Below, piece by piece: positions 1 through 9,286 of a stretch of DNA of 59,676 bases. The position numbers and the translations under genes are program-made. The notes under the pieces are model-generated. The model was not told the DNA's origin. It ran no database searches and saw only the letters and a program-made list of their open reading frames with translations. The stretch covers positions 1 through 59,676 of the forward strand of contig JAVCCL010000008.1 in NCBI GenBank assembly GCA_030765505.1. Direction: 5' to 3'. Within the stretch, counting starts at the first letter, position 1, and every line of letters starts with the position of its first letter. Origin of the DNA: Candidatus Kaelpia imicola (GTDB lineage: Bacteria; Omnitrophota; Gorgyraeia; Kaelpiales; Kaelpiaceae).

Positions 1-221
1 ACCGAAACGACATATCTTTCTCCGGGAAATCTTTCGTCTTGGGTTGTTTTCTCAAGTTTTAAAGTAAAAACAACTCCATCATCAGCTTCAATAGTAGCTT
101 CACCATTTTGAATTAATTGTCGAGATATTAAATCAGTTTTTACTCTTCTTGCCAAAGCGGAAGAAGATAGTAAAAACACTCCAATAAATACAGATAAAAC
201 AACACCTTTAAAATATTTCAT
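1..221 (-). CDS. Partial CDS (N-terminal part; the rest lies left of the window), signal-peptide-bearing protein of unknown function
   Basis: ATG at 221-219 reads MKYFKGVVLSVFIGVFLLSSSALARRVKTD... and stays open to base 1. The hydrophobic N-terminus looks like a signal peptide. It is absent from the ORF track because no stop lies in the window. Confidence 0.4.
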   Translation of the reverse strand, partial: MKYFKGVVLSVFIGVFLLSSSALARRVKTDLISRQLIQNGEATIEADDGVVFTLKLEKTTQDERFPGERYVVS

Positions 222-289
222 ATCTATATTAATTTAAGCCCCTATGACTATAAATATACCAGATAATAAGGCGAGATACAAATTAAGCG

Positions 290-724
290 TTATACGCCTA
301 TAAACTGCAGCTCAACTGTCCTTTGACGAGACTTGTTATCGCATTCTACAAATACAATCTGCTGCCAGGTTCCAAGAGTCAATTTTCCGCCTCTAAACGG
401 CACAGAGAGTGATGGACCTATTAATGAAGCCCTGAGGTGGGAAAATCCGTTTCCATCCCCCCAAGTGGCATTATGGGAGTATTTTCCCTCTTTTGGAACC
501 AATTTCTGGAGTAATTGAGGCAGATCATGGACCAAGCCGGATTCATACTCTATAACGGTCAAAAGAGCGGTAGAGCCCGGTATAAAACATGTCACTACAC
601 CCTTTTTCATCTTTAATTTAGATAGAGCCGCTTGAACATCTCCTGTTATATCAATTATGTCTCCATCTCCAGTTGTAGAGAGATTCAACTGCTCTTCTTC
701 AATTCTAATACTATTATCTGCCAT
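290..724 (-). CDS. yjbQ: YjbQ/UPF0047 family protein (secondary thiamine-phosphate synthase-like)
   Basis: 144 aa. Family-typical stretches are GSTALLTVIEYESGLVHDL, HLRASLIGPSLSVPF and GKLTLGTWQQIVF. Confidence 0.75.
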   Translation of the reverse strand: MADNSIRIEEEQLNLSTTGDGDIIDITGDVQAALSKLKMKKGVVTCFIPGSTALLTVIEYESGLVHDLPQLLQKLVPKEGKYSHNATWGDGNGFSHLRASLIGPSLSVPFRGGKLTLGTWQQIVFVECDNKSRQRTVELQFIGV

Positions 725-839
725 GGCGATCTAACCTCCCCTCTTTTTTAGCTATTTTCTTGGAAATAGCCCTCTTTTTGCCTTTAAAGTTTAACTGTGC
801 CGTCTTATTCTGCCTGTTTTTCATCTCTCTCATAAAAGA

Positions 840-1181
840 TTATCCCGGAGGCCAGGAAAACTTCCTGCCGCCCAAGAGGTGTAAATGGATATGAAATACG
901 TCTTGGCCGGCATCTTTATTGTTATTAAAAACAAGCCTAAAACCTGATTCAGTTACACCCTCATCCTGAGCAAGTTTTTTAGCAACAAGAACCATCTTCC
1001 CAGCTAGATTTGAGTCTTCTTCATTAAGATCAGATATTCTCTCAATATGCTTTCTATGAATAATCAATATATGCGTTGGAGCTTGAGGGTTAATATCACG
1101 GAATGCTACTAAATCATCATCTTGATAGATAAGCTCAGTTGGAATCTCACCATTTAATATTTTGCAAAATATGCACTCCAT
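840..1181 (-). CDS. HIT-family (histidine triad) nucleotide-binding protein
   Basis: 113 aa. It has an N-terminal CIFCKI and the histidine triad HIHLHLLGG. Confidence 0.9.
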   Translation of the reverse strand: MECIFCKILNGEIPTELIYQDDDLVAFRDINPQAPTHILIIHRKHIERISDLNEEDSNLAGKMVLVAKKLAQDEGVTESGFRLVFNNNKDAGQDVFHIHLHLLGGRKFSWPPG

Positions 1182-1189
1182 ATCTCCTC

Positions 1190-1657
1190 CTAAATATCTT
1201 TTATATCTACTTTGAGAGTATCTGTATCTAAAATTGCAACAGTAGAATCACCTGTCAACCAACCTGCCGCCTCACCAGGATTAACAAATAGCGCTGCCTC
1301 CCCCCTTCTTACCTCTACATTATGAGTATGGCCGAAGAGCACTATATCTGTTTTTTCATTCTTATATTGCCCGATATCATGAACTACAACTATCTTCTTA
1401 TTACCAAGAGTAAGTATAAAGGGCACTTCTTTTATCTTGCCTTCTGACCTTTTCTTAAGACCATCTCTTTCTCCGTCACAGTTCCCAAATACCCCCGCCC
1501 AGTCACAGTTAAGTTCAGAAAACGGAATTAAACTAAAAGGTGCAACATAATCGCCGCAATGGATAACAAAACCAACTTCTTTTTTATTGAATAGATCAAC
1601 CGCAGCCTTTACCTTGACTACATTATCATGAGTATCTGATATTACACCTATCTTCAT
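1190..1657 (-). CDS. YfcE/MJ0936-family metallophosphoesterase
   Basis: 155 aa with the motifs ISDTHDN, HCGDYV, GNCDG and GHTH. Confidence 0.85.
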   Translation of the reverse strand: MKIGVISDTHDNVVKVKAAVDLFNKKEVGFVIHCGDYVAPFSLIPFSELNCDWAGVFGNCDGERDGLKKRSEGKIKEVPFILTLGNKKIVVVHDIGQYKNEKTDIVLFGHTHNVEVRRGEAALFVNPGEAAGWLTGDSTVAILDTDTLKVDIKDI

Positions 1658-1718
1658 AGCATATTAAATTCTAACAGAATTAATCCTGTTTGCAATTTAT
1701 AATTATTTATGATAAAAA

Positions 1719-2498
1719 ATGAGGGCAATGGATAAGATAAATGAGCTCTGGAATATAGTCAAGCAGCTAAGGGGTGAGAAAGGCTGCCCCTGGGATAAAG
1801 AACAGGATGAAAAGACTCTTCTCCCCTATCTTATTGAGGAAGTATATGAAGTAGCCCAGGCAATTGAAGAGGATGATAAAAAAGGGTTGCTTGAGGAGTT
1901 GGGGGATCTGCTGTTTACAGTCTTATCCTACCTACATATCGCAGAAGAAAAAAAATACTTCTTAAAAGATGAGGTCATAGATAGAATCTCGAAAAAGATG
2001 ATTGAACGTCACCCTCATGTATTTTCAGACAAAGACCTTAAAACATCCGATGAAGCCTTAACTCACTGGTACGACCTAAAGAGCAAGGAAGACAAAAAGA
2101 AAGATAAATCAATTCTTGATAATGTTCCCAAAAATATATCCTCTCTTATAAGATCAAAACTAATTCAAGAGCGAGCGTCACGGGTAGGGTTTGACTGGAA
2201 GAAATCAAAAGAGGCATTTAAAAAAGTAAAAGAAGAGATACTTGAAGTCGAAGAACACCTTGATAAAGAAAATGAAAAAGATAGATTATCTGAAGAGTTC
2301 GGAGACCTCTTCTTTGCCCTTGTAAATGTCTGCAGGCTCTTAAAGATAGATCCTGAAGTAAAACTACGCGATGCAATAGATAAATTCACCAAGCGCTTTA
2401 ACTATATTGAAGAGAAGATAAAAGAGAAAGATAAATCTCTTTATGATACTACCTTAACTGAGATGGAAAAACTTTGGCAAGAGAGTAAAGATATTTGA
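1719..2498 (+). CDS. mazG: MazG nucleoside triphosphate pyrophosphohydrolase (tandem MazG domains)
   Basis: 259 aa. It has GCPWDKEQ, EEVYEVAQAIE, ELGDLLF and a second EEFGDLFFALV repeat. Confidence 0.9.
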   Translation: MRAMDKINELWNIVKQLRGEKGCPWDKEQDEKTLLPYLIEEVYEVAQAIEEDDKKGLLEELGDLLFTVLSYLHIAEEKKYFLKDEVIDRISKKMIERHPHVFSDKDLKTSDEALTHWYDLKSKEDKKKDKSILDNVPKNISSLIRSKLIQERASRVGFDWKKSKEAFKKVKEEILEVEEHLDKENEKDRLSEEFGDLFFALVNVCRLLKIDPEVKLRDAIDKFTKRFNYIEEKIKEKDKSLYDTTLTEMEKLWQESKDI

Positions 2499-2506
2499 TT
2501 TTGTAA

Positions 2507-2758
2507 TTAAAACTTCCACTCATCCCCTTTTAAGAAATCATTACCTTGATTAAAGAGCTTGTTTAACATGTCGAGCATATTACGCTTCATCTTCCTTTTA
2601 AACTTAGTCATCTCTTCAGGATGATTGGACTGAATATGCCCAAGGATATTATTTTGAATATTACTTAATAAATCTATTAAATCATTTGCTTCAACAATAA
2701 TCTTCTGACCACAGTGACACTCAATTGCAATTCTATAACTTTTTAATCCCTCTCGCAT
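2507..2758 (-). CDS. Hypothetical protein
   Basis: An 83-aa ORF with a GGAGG-type SD (aggagggtgag) upstream and no recognisable motif. Confidence 0.45.
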   Translation of the reverse strand: MREGLKSYRIAIECHCGQKIIVEANDLIDLLSNIQNNILGHIQSNHPEEMTKFKRKMKRNMLDMLNKLFNQGNDFLKGDEWKF

Positions 2759-2804
2759 CTCACCCTCCTAAGGTTGTCTTAAGTATACCCGATTAAAATC
2801 TAAA

Positions 2805-3077
2805 TCACAAATTCCAAATCAAAAATAAAATAAGAATAAATATCAATATCCCGGCAACTATCTTTATCCAACCTGACCTCTTTCCTATTGATACGCTCTC
2901 TCCGCAATAAAGACATAACAGGGAGTCCTTAGGTATCATATTCTTACAATGGGGGCACTCTATCGGATCATCAAAATCTAAATCTTCAGCTACTTCTTCA
3001 TGTTCAACAAAATCTAAATATTCATCATCATCCATCTTTAACTCCTGCTCTAACAGCCTTTTTAACAGCCTCCTCAA
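2805..3077 (-). CDS. Zinc-ribbon protein with C-terminal transmembrane helix
   Basis: 90 aa. It has CPHCKN...CLYCG followed by a hydrophobic tail, IVAGILIFILILFLIW. Confidence 0.55.
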   Translation of the reverse strand: MRRLLKRLLEQELKMDDDEYLDFVEHEEVAEDLDFDDPIECPHCKNMIPKDSLLCLYCGESVSIGKRSGWIKIVAGILIFILILFLIWNL

Positions 3078-3579
3078 CCGTTTCGCAATGAACTAACTCA
3101 CCTCTCTTGCTCTCACCTTCACCTTGAGTTATATGCCAGCTCTTTACTGCAAAGAGAGGCTTCTTTGATATCAAGGCATAACTTATCTCATTCAATGTTC
3201 CATATGAGCCATCTATTGCAATGATACTATCAGCATTCATAATAATTAGAGCATTCCTTATCTCACCCAATCCTGTAACCATCGCCAAGTCTACATACTT
3301 ATTAGCCCTATCTTTATCTCTTCCAGGTAATATCCCTATTGTGAAACCACCAGCTTCTTTAGCTCCTCTTGAGGCTGCCTCCATAACACCACCTAAGCCA
3401 CCTGTAATCAAAATCGCATTGTTTTCGGCAATCAAGCGCCCGCACTTCTTGGCCATTTTCAAAATCTCTTCAGTCGCTCTAGAGCCACCGATAACAGCTA
3501 TTCTCTGTCTATTCTTTATATCACTATTTACCATAACCAACCCTCTTAAGGAAAAGACTATCTTTTCTCCATTTATCAT
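3028..3579 (-). CDS. TIGR00725/LOG-like Rossmann-fold protein
   Basis: It has IAVIGGS, ITGGLGGVMEAASRGA and GSYGTLNE. The likely true start is MVNSD at 3534, just after the era stop. Confidence 0.7.
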   Translation of the reverse strand: MINGEKIVFSLRGLVMVNSDIKNRQRIAVIGGSRATEEILKMAKKCGRLIAENNAILITGGLGGVMEAASRGAKEAGGFTIGILPGRDKDRANKYVDLAMVTGLGEIRNALIIMNADSIIAIDGSYGTLNEISYALISKKPLFAVKSWHITQGEGESKRGELVHCETVEEAVKKAVRAGVKDG

Positions 3580-4441
3580 TAATCTTAACCTTTAAATCAA
3601 GATAGACTCTTTTGCTTAAAAAAACTTCAATCTCTTCTCTGGCATCAATCCCTACCTCTTTAAGCATACTTCCCTTCTTACCTATTAATATAGCCTTCTG
3701 CCCACTCTTCTCAACATATATAGTTACCTCTATAACAACTAAGTCTTTTTTCTTCTCTAAGAACTCATCAACGGATACCGCAATAGAGAAAGGCAGCTCC
3801 TGATAAGTACGAGAGAGTATCTTCTCTCTTATAACCTCTGCAACATGAAACCTAGTTGATTTATCGCTAAGCTGGTCCTTAGGATAATAGAATGGTCCTT
3901 GGGGTATATTCTTAGTTATTAGCTCTAGAAGCCTATCTGTATTAATACCCTTCGTTGCGCTAAGAGGTACATACTCATCAAACTTATTCCACTTTGATAT
4001 CTCTTCCAATATAAAGAGTATATCCGGCTTCCTAACTAAATCAACCTTATTTAAAATGACAAACTTTGGCTTCTTTATAGGTTTGATCATGTCAAATATA
4101 CGCTCATCTTCTTTCTCTATACCTTTCCGGGCATCTATCATAACAACTATGATATCTGCATCATCTAATGATGATTCGGCTTCCTTAAGCATGTACTTAT
4201 CCAATAAAAACTTCGACTTATGCATTCCAGGAGTATCCAAAAATATTATTTGAAAATTATCCTTTGTTAAAATAGCAGCTATCTTATCTCTTGTGGTTTT
4301 GGGGGTTGATGAGACAATTGACACCTTCTCCCCCATAAACATATTTATCAAAGTAGACTTACCGACATTAGGTCTGCCTATAACAGCAACAAAACCTGAA
4401 TGTGCAATCTTATTATCAGCTGATTTTTGCTCCATCTTCAA
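3524..4441 (-). CDS. era: GTPase Era
   Basis: 305 aa with GRPNVGKSTL, DTPG, NKVD and a C-terminal KH domain (IYVEKSGQKAILIGKKG). Confidence 0.92.
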   Translation of the reverse strand: MKMEQKSADNKIAHSGFVAVIGRPNVGKSTLINMFMGEKVSIVSSTPKTTRDKIAAILTKDNFQIIFLDTPGMHKSKFLLDKYMLKEAESSLDDADIIVVMIDARKGIEKEDERIFDMIKPIKKPKFVILNKVDLVRKPDILFILEEISKWNKFDEYVPLSATKGINTDRLLELITKNIPQGPFYYPKDQLSDKSTRFHVAEVIREKILSRTYQELPFSIAVSVDEFLEKKKDLVVIEVTIYVEKSGQKAILIGKKGSMLKEVGIDAREEIEVFLSKRVYLDLKVKINDKWRKDSLFLKRVGYGK

Positions 4442-4736
4442 CTTCCCTCTCTGTAGTTAATATAGTTATACCTCCGGAGTCCTTAGCTGCAAGAAGCATA
4501 CCGCAAGATTCAACACCTCTAATCACCGCCGGCTCAATATTCAAAACAACAACTGCCTGCTTACCCACTAAAGTATCTTTTTCATAATAAGGTTTGATTC
4601 CCGCTACAAGCTGTCTCTCCTCATCTCCCAAAGAGACCTTTATAACGTAAAGCTTATCTGCATCGGGATGATCCTGAACCTCTTTAATGGTTCCAACACC
4701 TAATTCCATATTTTTAAACTCATCAAGACTTATCAT
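4416..4736 (-). CDS. tRNA-binding domain protein (CsaA/Trbp111-like)
   Basis: 106 aa with GTIKEVQDHPDADKLYVIKV...GIKPYY...SCGMLLAA. Confidence 0.8.
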   Translation of the reverse strand: MISLDEFKNMELGVGTIKEVQDHPDADKLYVIKVSLGDEERQLVAGIKPYYEKDTLVGKQAVVVLNIEPAVIRGVESCGMLLAAKDSGGITILTTEREVEDGAKIS

Positions 4737-4758
4737 CTCGACCTCCTTATTCTAACTT

Positions 4759-5247
4759 TTAATTTAAATCTCTATCTGAGATAACTCTAATCCCTTCTCT
4801 CTTTAAAAGAGCTGTTGTTACCCCGTCTCCCCTTTTTAAGATATGCGAAAAACTGCCATCATAGATTAAGCCTACCCCGCAAGAGGGACTACTATATTTC
4901 ATTATTGCATACTTAACATTATTATTCTTTGCTATTTTTAAAGCCTCTCCGGCACCTTTAATAAATAGGCTTGTTAAATCATAACCTTATAGGTTTATAA
5001 CCCTTGATACTCCATTCAAAACAGCCTCTCCGTCTCCATCGGATATTTCTGAGACAACCCTTGGGGTACCTAGGCCAGCTAAAACCTCAGGGCAAATATC
5101 TACTATTTTATGCCCCTGACAAAACTCTTCTACAATACAGTTTGATCTGCTCTCTCCATCATAACAACATTTTTTACCAACAAGACAGGAGCTTACTAAT
5201 ATAATATCAGTTCCAGGAGGGATCGGACTTCTTCTTCTTTTTGACAT
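4759..5247 (-). pseudogene. DUF523/TudS-like (2-thiouracil desulfurase family) gene interrupted by one in-frame TAA
   Basis: The N-terminal ORF 4987-5247 reads SSCLVGKKCCYDGE...CPEVLAGLGTPR and ends at TAA 4987-4989. The same frame continues GYDLTSLFIKGAGEAL...SSPSCGVGLIYDGSFSHILKRGDGVTTALL to TAA 4759-4761. Together they give 163 codons, a normal family length. Confidence 0.65.
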
Positions 5248-5572
5248 ATGTTGCTATCTTAGAACGGTCTGATTTTTTAAGGTCACTAAAAAATATAGCT
5301 ATACTATAGTTGTCAATATCGTCAGCTGGTAATTCCGGCTCTGTTCTCACCACTATACCATCACAGGCAATCTTATGAGACTTTTTTTTGCCCATTAGAG
5401 GAACAAACATAACGATCTTAAGTTTTGTCATAACAGGAATAAACTTATCAATCCGGCAGTATGCTCCACCGCAGCTGATATTTATTGTCTCTGTTATAAA
5501 ATCAGCATCGGTATGAAAAAGCTTAAGCGGTAATACTGCATCCAAGCGATAATGTTTCCGTCTATCTTGCAT
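5207..5572 (-). CDS. PilZ-domain protein (putative c-di-GMP receptor)
   Basis: 121 aa with RRKHYR (RxxxR) and NISCGG (D/NxSxxG). Confidence 0.75.
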   Translation of the reverse strand: MQDRRKHYRLDAVLPLKLFHTDADFITETINISCGGAYCRIDKFIPVMTKLKIVMFVPLMGKKKSHKIACDGIVVRTEPELPADDIDNYSIAIFFSDLKKSDRSKIATYVKKKKKSDPSWN

Positions 5573-5629
5573 GTTTATATAGTATCAAATTTTGGATTTA
5601 AAAACAATATTACTCTATCTTAATAAATC

Positions 5630-5702
5630 TGCCCCCTGGAAGAGTCGAACTCCCATTCCAGGCTCCGGAGGCCTGTACTTTATCCTCTTAAGCTAAGGGG
5701 GC
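5630..5702 (-). tRNA. tRNA-Arg (anticodon CCG)
   Basis: The reverse complement folds as a cloverleaf. The acceptor stem is GCCCCCT/AGGGGGC, the anticodon stem CAGGC/GCCTG with loop CTCCGGA, and the T-arm GGGAG-TTCGACT-CTTCC. CCA is not encoded. Confidence 0.85.
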
Positions 5703-5710
5703 ATAAGATA

Positions 5711-6337
5711 CTAATTTAAAACCCTAAGCTCTATATCCGTACTAAGGTTATTTTTAAAAACCTCCAAGTCTTGCCCTGAACCAACTATACTCCCATAATG
5801 CATTGGAATAGCTATCTTAGCCCCTACCCTCTCCGCAGCTTGAGCTGCTTCTCTTCCGTCCATAGTATATGTACCGCCTATAGGAAGAAGAGCAATATCT
5901 ACATCCAGATCATCCATCTCAAATATTAAGTCGGTATCTCCTGCATGATATATTGACACGCCATCTATCTCTATCACATAGCCTATCCAGGAGTTTGACT
6001 TAGGATGATTATCTTTATTTATATTATATGCAGGGAATGCCCTGATCTTAAAACCAGCAACCTCTTTATGATCATAAGGAACCATTGTAACAATATTAGT
6101 ATCCTTTAAAAAAGAGATCTTAACATTTTCAGGTAACACTAAACAAGTCTCGTCCTTGCTTAACTTTAAGATATCTTCTTCTGAAAAATGATCAAAGTGA
6201 GGGTGAGTTATAAGTATCAGATCCGCAAGTTTTAAATCCTTGATTTTCCAAGGATCTACATAGATAACCTTACCTCTATGCTCTATTCTAAAACTTGCAT
6301 GAGAAAGCCACTCAATAGCATCTAAAACTTCGCTCAT
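5711..6337 (-). CDS. MBL-fold metallo-hydrolase (UPF0173-like)
   Basis: 208 aa with ITHPHFDH, HAGDT and a late PMHYG. Confidence 0.85.
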   Translation of the reverse strand: MSEVLDAIEWLSHASFRIEHRGKVIYVDPWKIKDLKLADLILITHPHFDHFSEEDILKLSKDETCLVLPENVKISFLKDTNIVTMVPYDHKEVAGFKIRAFPAYNINKDNHPKSNSWIGYVIEIDGVSIYHAGDTDLIFEMDDLDVDIALLPIGGTYTMDGREAAQAAERVGAKIAIPMHYGSIVGSGQDLEVFKNNLSTDIELRVLN

Positions 6338-6936
6338 TCCTCTTTCTTATCTTGAGCCTCTGAATCAGATACCACCTTTCCTTCTTCTTTAGTCTCTTCT
6401 GTTTCAGCTGCAACTTCAGGGGCTTTCTCTTTTGTCTCAACAGTTTCAGCATCTAGAGACTCTTCTTCCTTAGATTCCTCTACTATTTGATCTGATTCAA
6501 CTTTATTCTCTACATCTTCTTCTATCTCAACCTTCGAAACTTTTTGAACCTCTTCAGAGATAGACTCCTCTTCAACTTCTTCTTTTGCTTTTACTACCTC
6601 TCCCTCTTCTTTAGTCTCTTCTATTCCAGTTGCAACTTCAGGAGTCTCTTCTTTTACTTCTACTTCTACTTCTTGAGTCTCATCAACTACCTCAGAAACC
6701 TCTTCAATCTCAGAAACTACATCCTCAGCGGCCTTTTGAGCCTCTTCCTGCTTTGCTTTTTCACGCTCTTCTCTTGCTTTCTCTACCTCTTCTCTTACCT
6801 TATCTTTAGATTTAGACCAGCAACGCTTGGAACAGAAATAAAAACCATCCCTATAGTACCATTTTTTAATACTCAACCTCTTTTTACAACCTTTACAATT
6901 AGTAGGTCTACCTTCTCCTTCTTTTACTCTTCCCAT
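6334..6936 (-). CDS. Zinc-ribbon protein with long acidic E/K/V low-complexity tail
   Basis: The N-terminus is CKGCKK...FCSKRC. About 150 aa of E-rich sequence follow, with an internal repeat (PEVATGIEETKEEGEVV / PEVAAETEETKEEGKVV). Confidence 0.6.
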   Translation of the reverse strand: MGRVKEGEGRPTNCKGCKKRLSIKKWYYRDGFYFCSKRCWSKSKDKVREEVEKAREEREKAKQEEAQKAAEDVVSEIEEVSEVVDETQEVEVEVKEETPEVATGIEETKEEGEVVKAKEEVEEESISEEVQKVSKVEIEEDVENKVESDQIVEESKEEESLDAETVETKEKAPEVAAETEETKEEGKVVSDSEAQDKKEE

Positions 6937-6937
6937 G

Positions 6938-7849
6938 CTATTCTCCCCATTCCGCTTGAATTTTAGCTGTTTTATTTCTTACTTTATTAAGCATCTTCTG
7001 CACCTCAGAGAGATACCTGCCGCTCTTTATAACTTTGACCTTTGAAATATCAGATCTACTATAGGCAATATACTTAAGGCCGATATTAACTCTGGATGTC
7101 TTTGGACCTATTTTTTGAACAAAGACATCATAGACAATCTTTCTCTCTTTAGACCCGATAAAATCAGCAAACAATCCCTTCAATAAACTCATCTCTATAG
7201 TCTTAAAACCGGTAAGAGTACCTTGCAATCTATTAGAATGAGTAACTATCACCTTGTGATCTTCAAGAACATCCCTCAAAACATAGAAAGTGAGATCGCT
7301 ATCTGCAAGAATATCAGCTGTTATAACCTCACCCTCTAAATTCTTAACCCACATAACCTCCTGTATGCTTCTGCCTTGGACTTCAGAGGGAACATCAAAT
7401 AAAGATTCCCTATAAGAATCCTTAGTTATAGGCTGATCTTCAAGAGGCTTCTCTCTTTCATCTTCTGTTTCTAGAACCTCTTGAGGCGACATGGTCGCAC
7501 CATATGGATATATCGTGATAATATCGCCACTTTTAAGGTAGGCTTCGCTCATCATCTCCTTTACATCGCAGGCTGACACATTCTCTTTCACTTTGACAAC
7601 CTGTATCTTACCTATCTCAGCTCCATCCTTTACAACAACAAACTCCATTCCGGACTCCATGCCATTTATTACACCCTTATCTATCACTATAAAGCTATAA
7701 TGGCTATCATACTTAATAATCTTTACTGCTATCAAATCCTCTCCAGAAGATGAAAGATTTAAAAGCAAGATTAAAAAGATAGTGCTAATTACAATTACTC
7801 TCTTCATATTAACGGATATTATATCATTCCCATACCCATTTTCAAGCAC
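6938..7849 (-). CDS. Hypothetical secreted/membrane-anchored protein
   Basis: 303 aa with an N-terminal hydrophobic segment (VIVISTIFLILLLNL). I recognise no catalytic motif. Confidence 0.55.
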   Translation of the reverse strand: MLENGYGNDIISVNMKRVIVISTIFLILLLNLSSSGEDLIAVKIIKYDSHYSFIVIDKGVINGMESGMEFVVVKDGAEIGKIQVVKVKENVSACDVKEMMSEAYLKSGDIITIYPYGATMSPQEVLETEDEREKPLEDQPITKDSYRESLFDVPSEVQGRSIQEVMWVKNLEGEVITADILADSDLTFYVLRDVLEDHKVIVTHSNRLQGTLTGFKTIEMSLLKGLFADFIGSKERKIVYDVFVQKIGPKTSRVNIGLKYIAYSRSDISKVKVIKSGRYLSEVQKMLNKVRNKTAKIQAEWGE

Positions 7850-8783
7850 CGAGTTTCATCCCTAATTCTATTCTATGTCCCAAAAGAAAATCTCTGACAA
7901 CCATCCTCTTCTTGCCCTCAAGCTGTAGATCGAAGATATTAATGTTGCCTATACCGCATTTAATACTGAAATAATCATCTTCAATTCTGACTATTTCAGC
8001 CAGAGAAGCACCTGGATACTCTTTAAAATCCACTCCAGCCTTATATATCTTAAGTAACTTGAAATCTAAATAACTAAAACTACCCGGCCAAGGTAGTAAA
8101 CCCCGAACCTTATTACGAATACCAACCGCTATAGTACTCCAATCTATTAAACCATCTTCTCTCCTTAGTTTCGGAGCATAGCTTGACTCTCCTTTCTGAG
8201 GATAGAGCTTGATATCCCCCTTATTTAAGCAGCTTAAAGCCTCTTCCAGGAGTTTAACAGAATCATTGGCCAATCTCTCCTCAAGAGAGACCGTATCCAT
8301 ATCCTCAGTAATAGCTGCTCTTTTCTTAGCAACTATATCTCCGGCATCAAATCTCTCGTTCATCTTAAACAGAGTAACACCTGTCTCTCTCTCCCCATTT
8401 ACGATTGCCCAATTAACAGGAGCAGCACCTCTATATTTGGGTAAGAGTGACCCATGAATATTTAAAGGTATAATAGAGGCTAGCCCCAAAAGCTCTTTTG
8501 AGATAATACTTCCGTAGGATGCAACCACAAATACCTCCGGAGAGAGGCTCTCTATCTTCAAAACAGACTCTTTTGAGTTTACGTCGGATAATTTGAGAAC
8601 CTCACCTTTAAAACCAGACGAAGCAATAAAATTTCCCACTTTTGTAGGTTGATAATGCATACCTCTCTTTGCTTTTCTATCTGGTTGAGTAATAACAGCC
8701 TTTAAACAAAAATCTCCCCTGCTTAAAAGAAACTTTAAGGCCGGAACTGCAAATTCACCTGATCCAAAAAAAACAATATTCAT
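7842..8783 (-). CDS. fmt: Methionyl-tRNA formyltransferase
   Basis: 313 aa with MNIVFFGSGEFAVP and HGSLLPKYRGAAPVNWAI. It lies next to def. Confidence 0.92.
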   Translation of the reverse strand: MNIVFFGSGEFAVPALKFLLSRGDFCLKAVITQPDRKAKRGMHYQPTKVGNFIASSGFKGEVLKLSDVNSKESVLKIESLSPEVFVVASYGSIISKELLGLASIIPLNIHGSLLPKYRGAAPVNWAIVNGERETGVTLFKMNERFDAGDIVAKKRAAITEDMDTVSLEERLANDSVKLLEEALSCLNKGDIKLYPQKGESSYAPKLRREDGLIDWSTIAVGIRNKVRGLLPWPGSFSYLDFKLLKIYKAGVDFKEYPGASLAEIVRIEDDYFSIKCGIGNINIFDLQLEGKKRMVVRDFLLGHRIELGMKLGA

Positions 8784-9286
8784 TTTTCTCTCTTTAAAAC
8801 AGATTTTAAATACTTCTTACGTTCTTTACAGGGAAGTCTTTGAATAAATATTTTCCCATTTAAGTGGTCTATCTCATGTTGGATAATCCTGGCCATAAAG
8901 CCGTCTGCCTTCATCTCAAACTTTTTACCCTCAATATTCAAAGCCTCTACCGTAACCTCATCATATCTCCTGATGAAAGCACTAAATCCGGGAACAGAGA
9001 GGCAGCCCTCCTGGTCTACCTGAGTTCCTCTTTTGCTTATAATCTTGGGATTTATAAAGATACGGACATCCTCTCTTTTTAATTGGGGGGAGGCAACAAA
9101 TATCCTTAAATCCCGGCCAATCTGATTTGCCGATAAACCCACCCCTTGAGTTTCAAACATAACATCCACCATAAGCCTTATAAGTTCAAGAACCTCTCTG
9201 TCTATAACTTTGACAGACCTGGTCTTCCTTTTTAAGACAACCTCAGGATATTCGACAACCTCTTTTTCAAAATCTTTAGAGTTCAT
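8780..9286 (-). CDS. def: Peptide deformylase
   Basis: 168 aa with GVGLSANQIG, EGCLSVPG and HEIDHLNG. Confidence 0.92.
   Translation of the reverse strand: MNSKDFEKEVVEYPEVVLKRKTRSVKVIDREVLELIRLMVDVMFETQGVGLSANQIGRDLRIFVASPQLKREDVRIFINPKIISKRGTQVDQEGCLSVPGFSAFIRRYDEVTVEALNIEGKKFEMKADGFMARIIQHEIDHLNGKIFIQRLPCKERKKYLKSVLKREK

Noticed and set aside
714-824. A 36-aa highly basic minus-strand ORF, MKNRQNKTAQLNFKGKKRAISKKIAKKEGRLDRHGR, between the HIT gene and yjbQ.
   Set aside because: It is very short, has a weak SD, overlaps the yjbQ start and belongs to no family I recognise. It is not reported as a feature.
4987-4989. The in-frame TAA as evidence for stop-codon reassignment.
   Set aside because: TAA terminates many well-delimited genes in this same window, for example miaB and the DUF523 gene itself at 4759. 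A nonsense mutation or a sequencing error is far more likely.
6544-6966. A 140-aa plus-strand ORF rich in F/L/S.
   Set aside because: It is the antisense shadow of the E/K-rich minus-strand gene 6334-6936. Its low-complexity composition is simply the complement of GAA/GAG/AAG runs.
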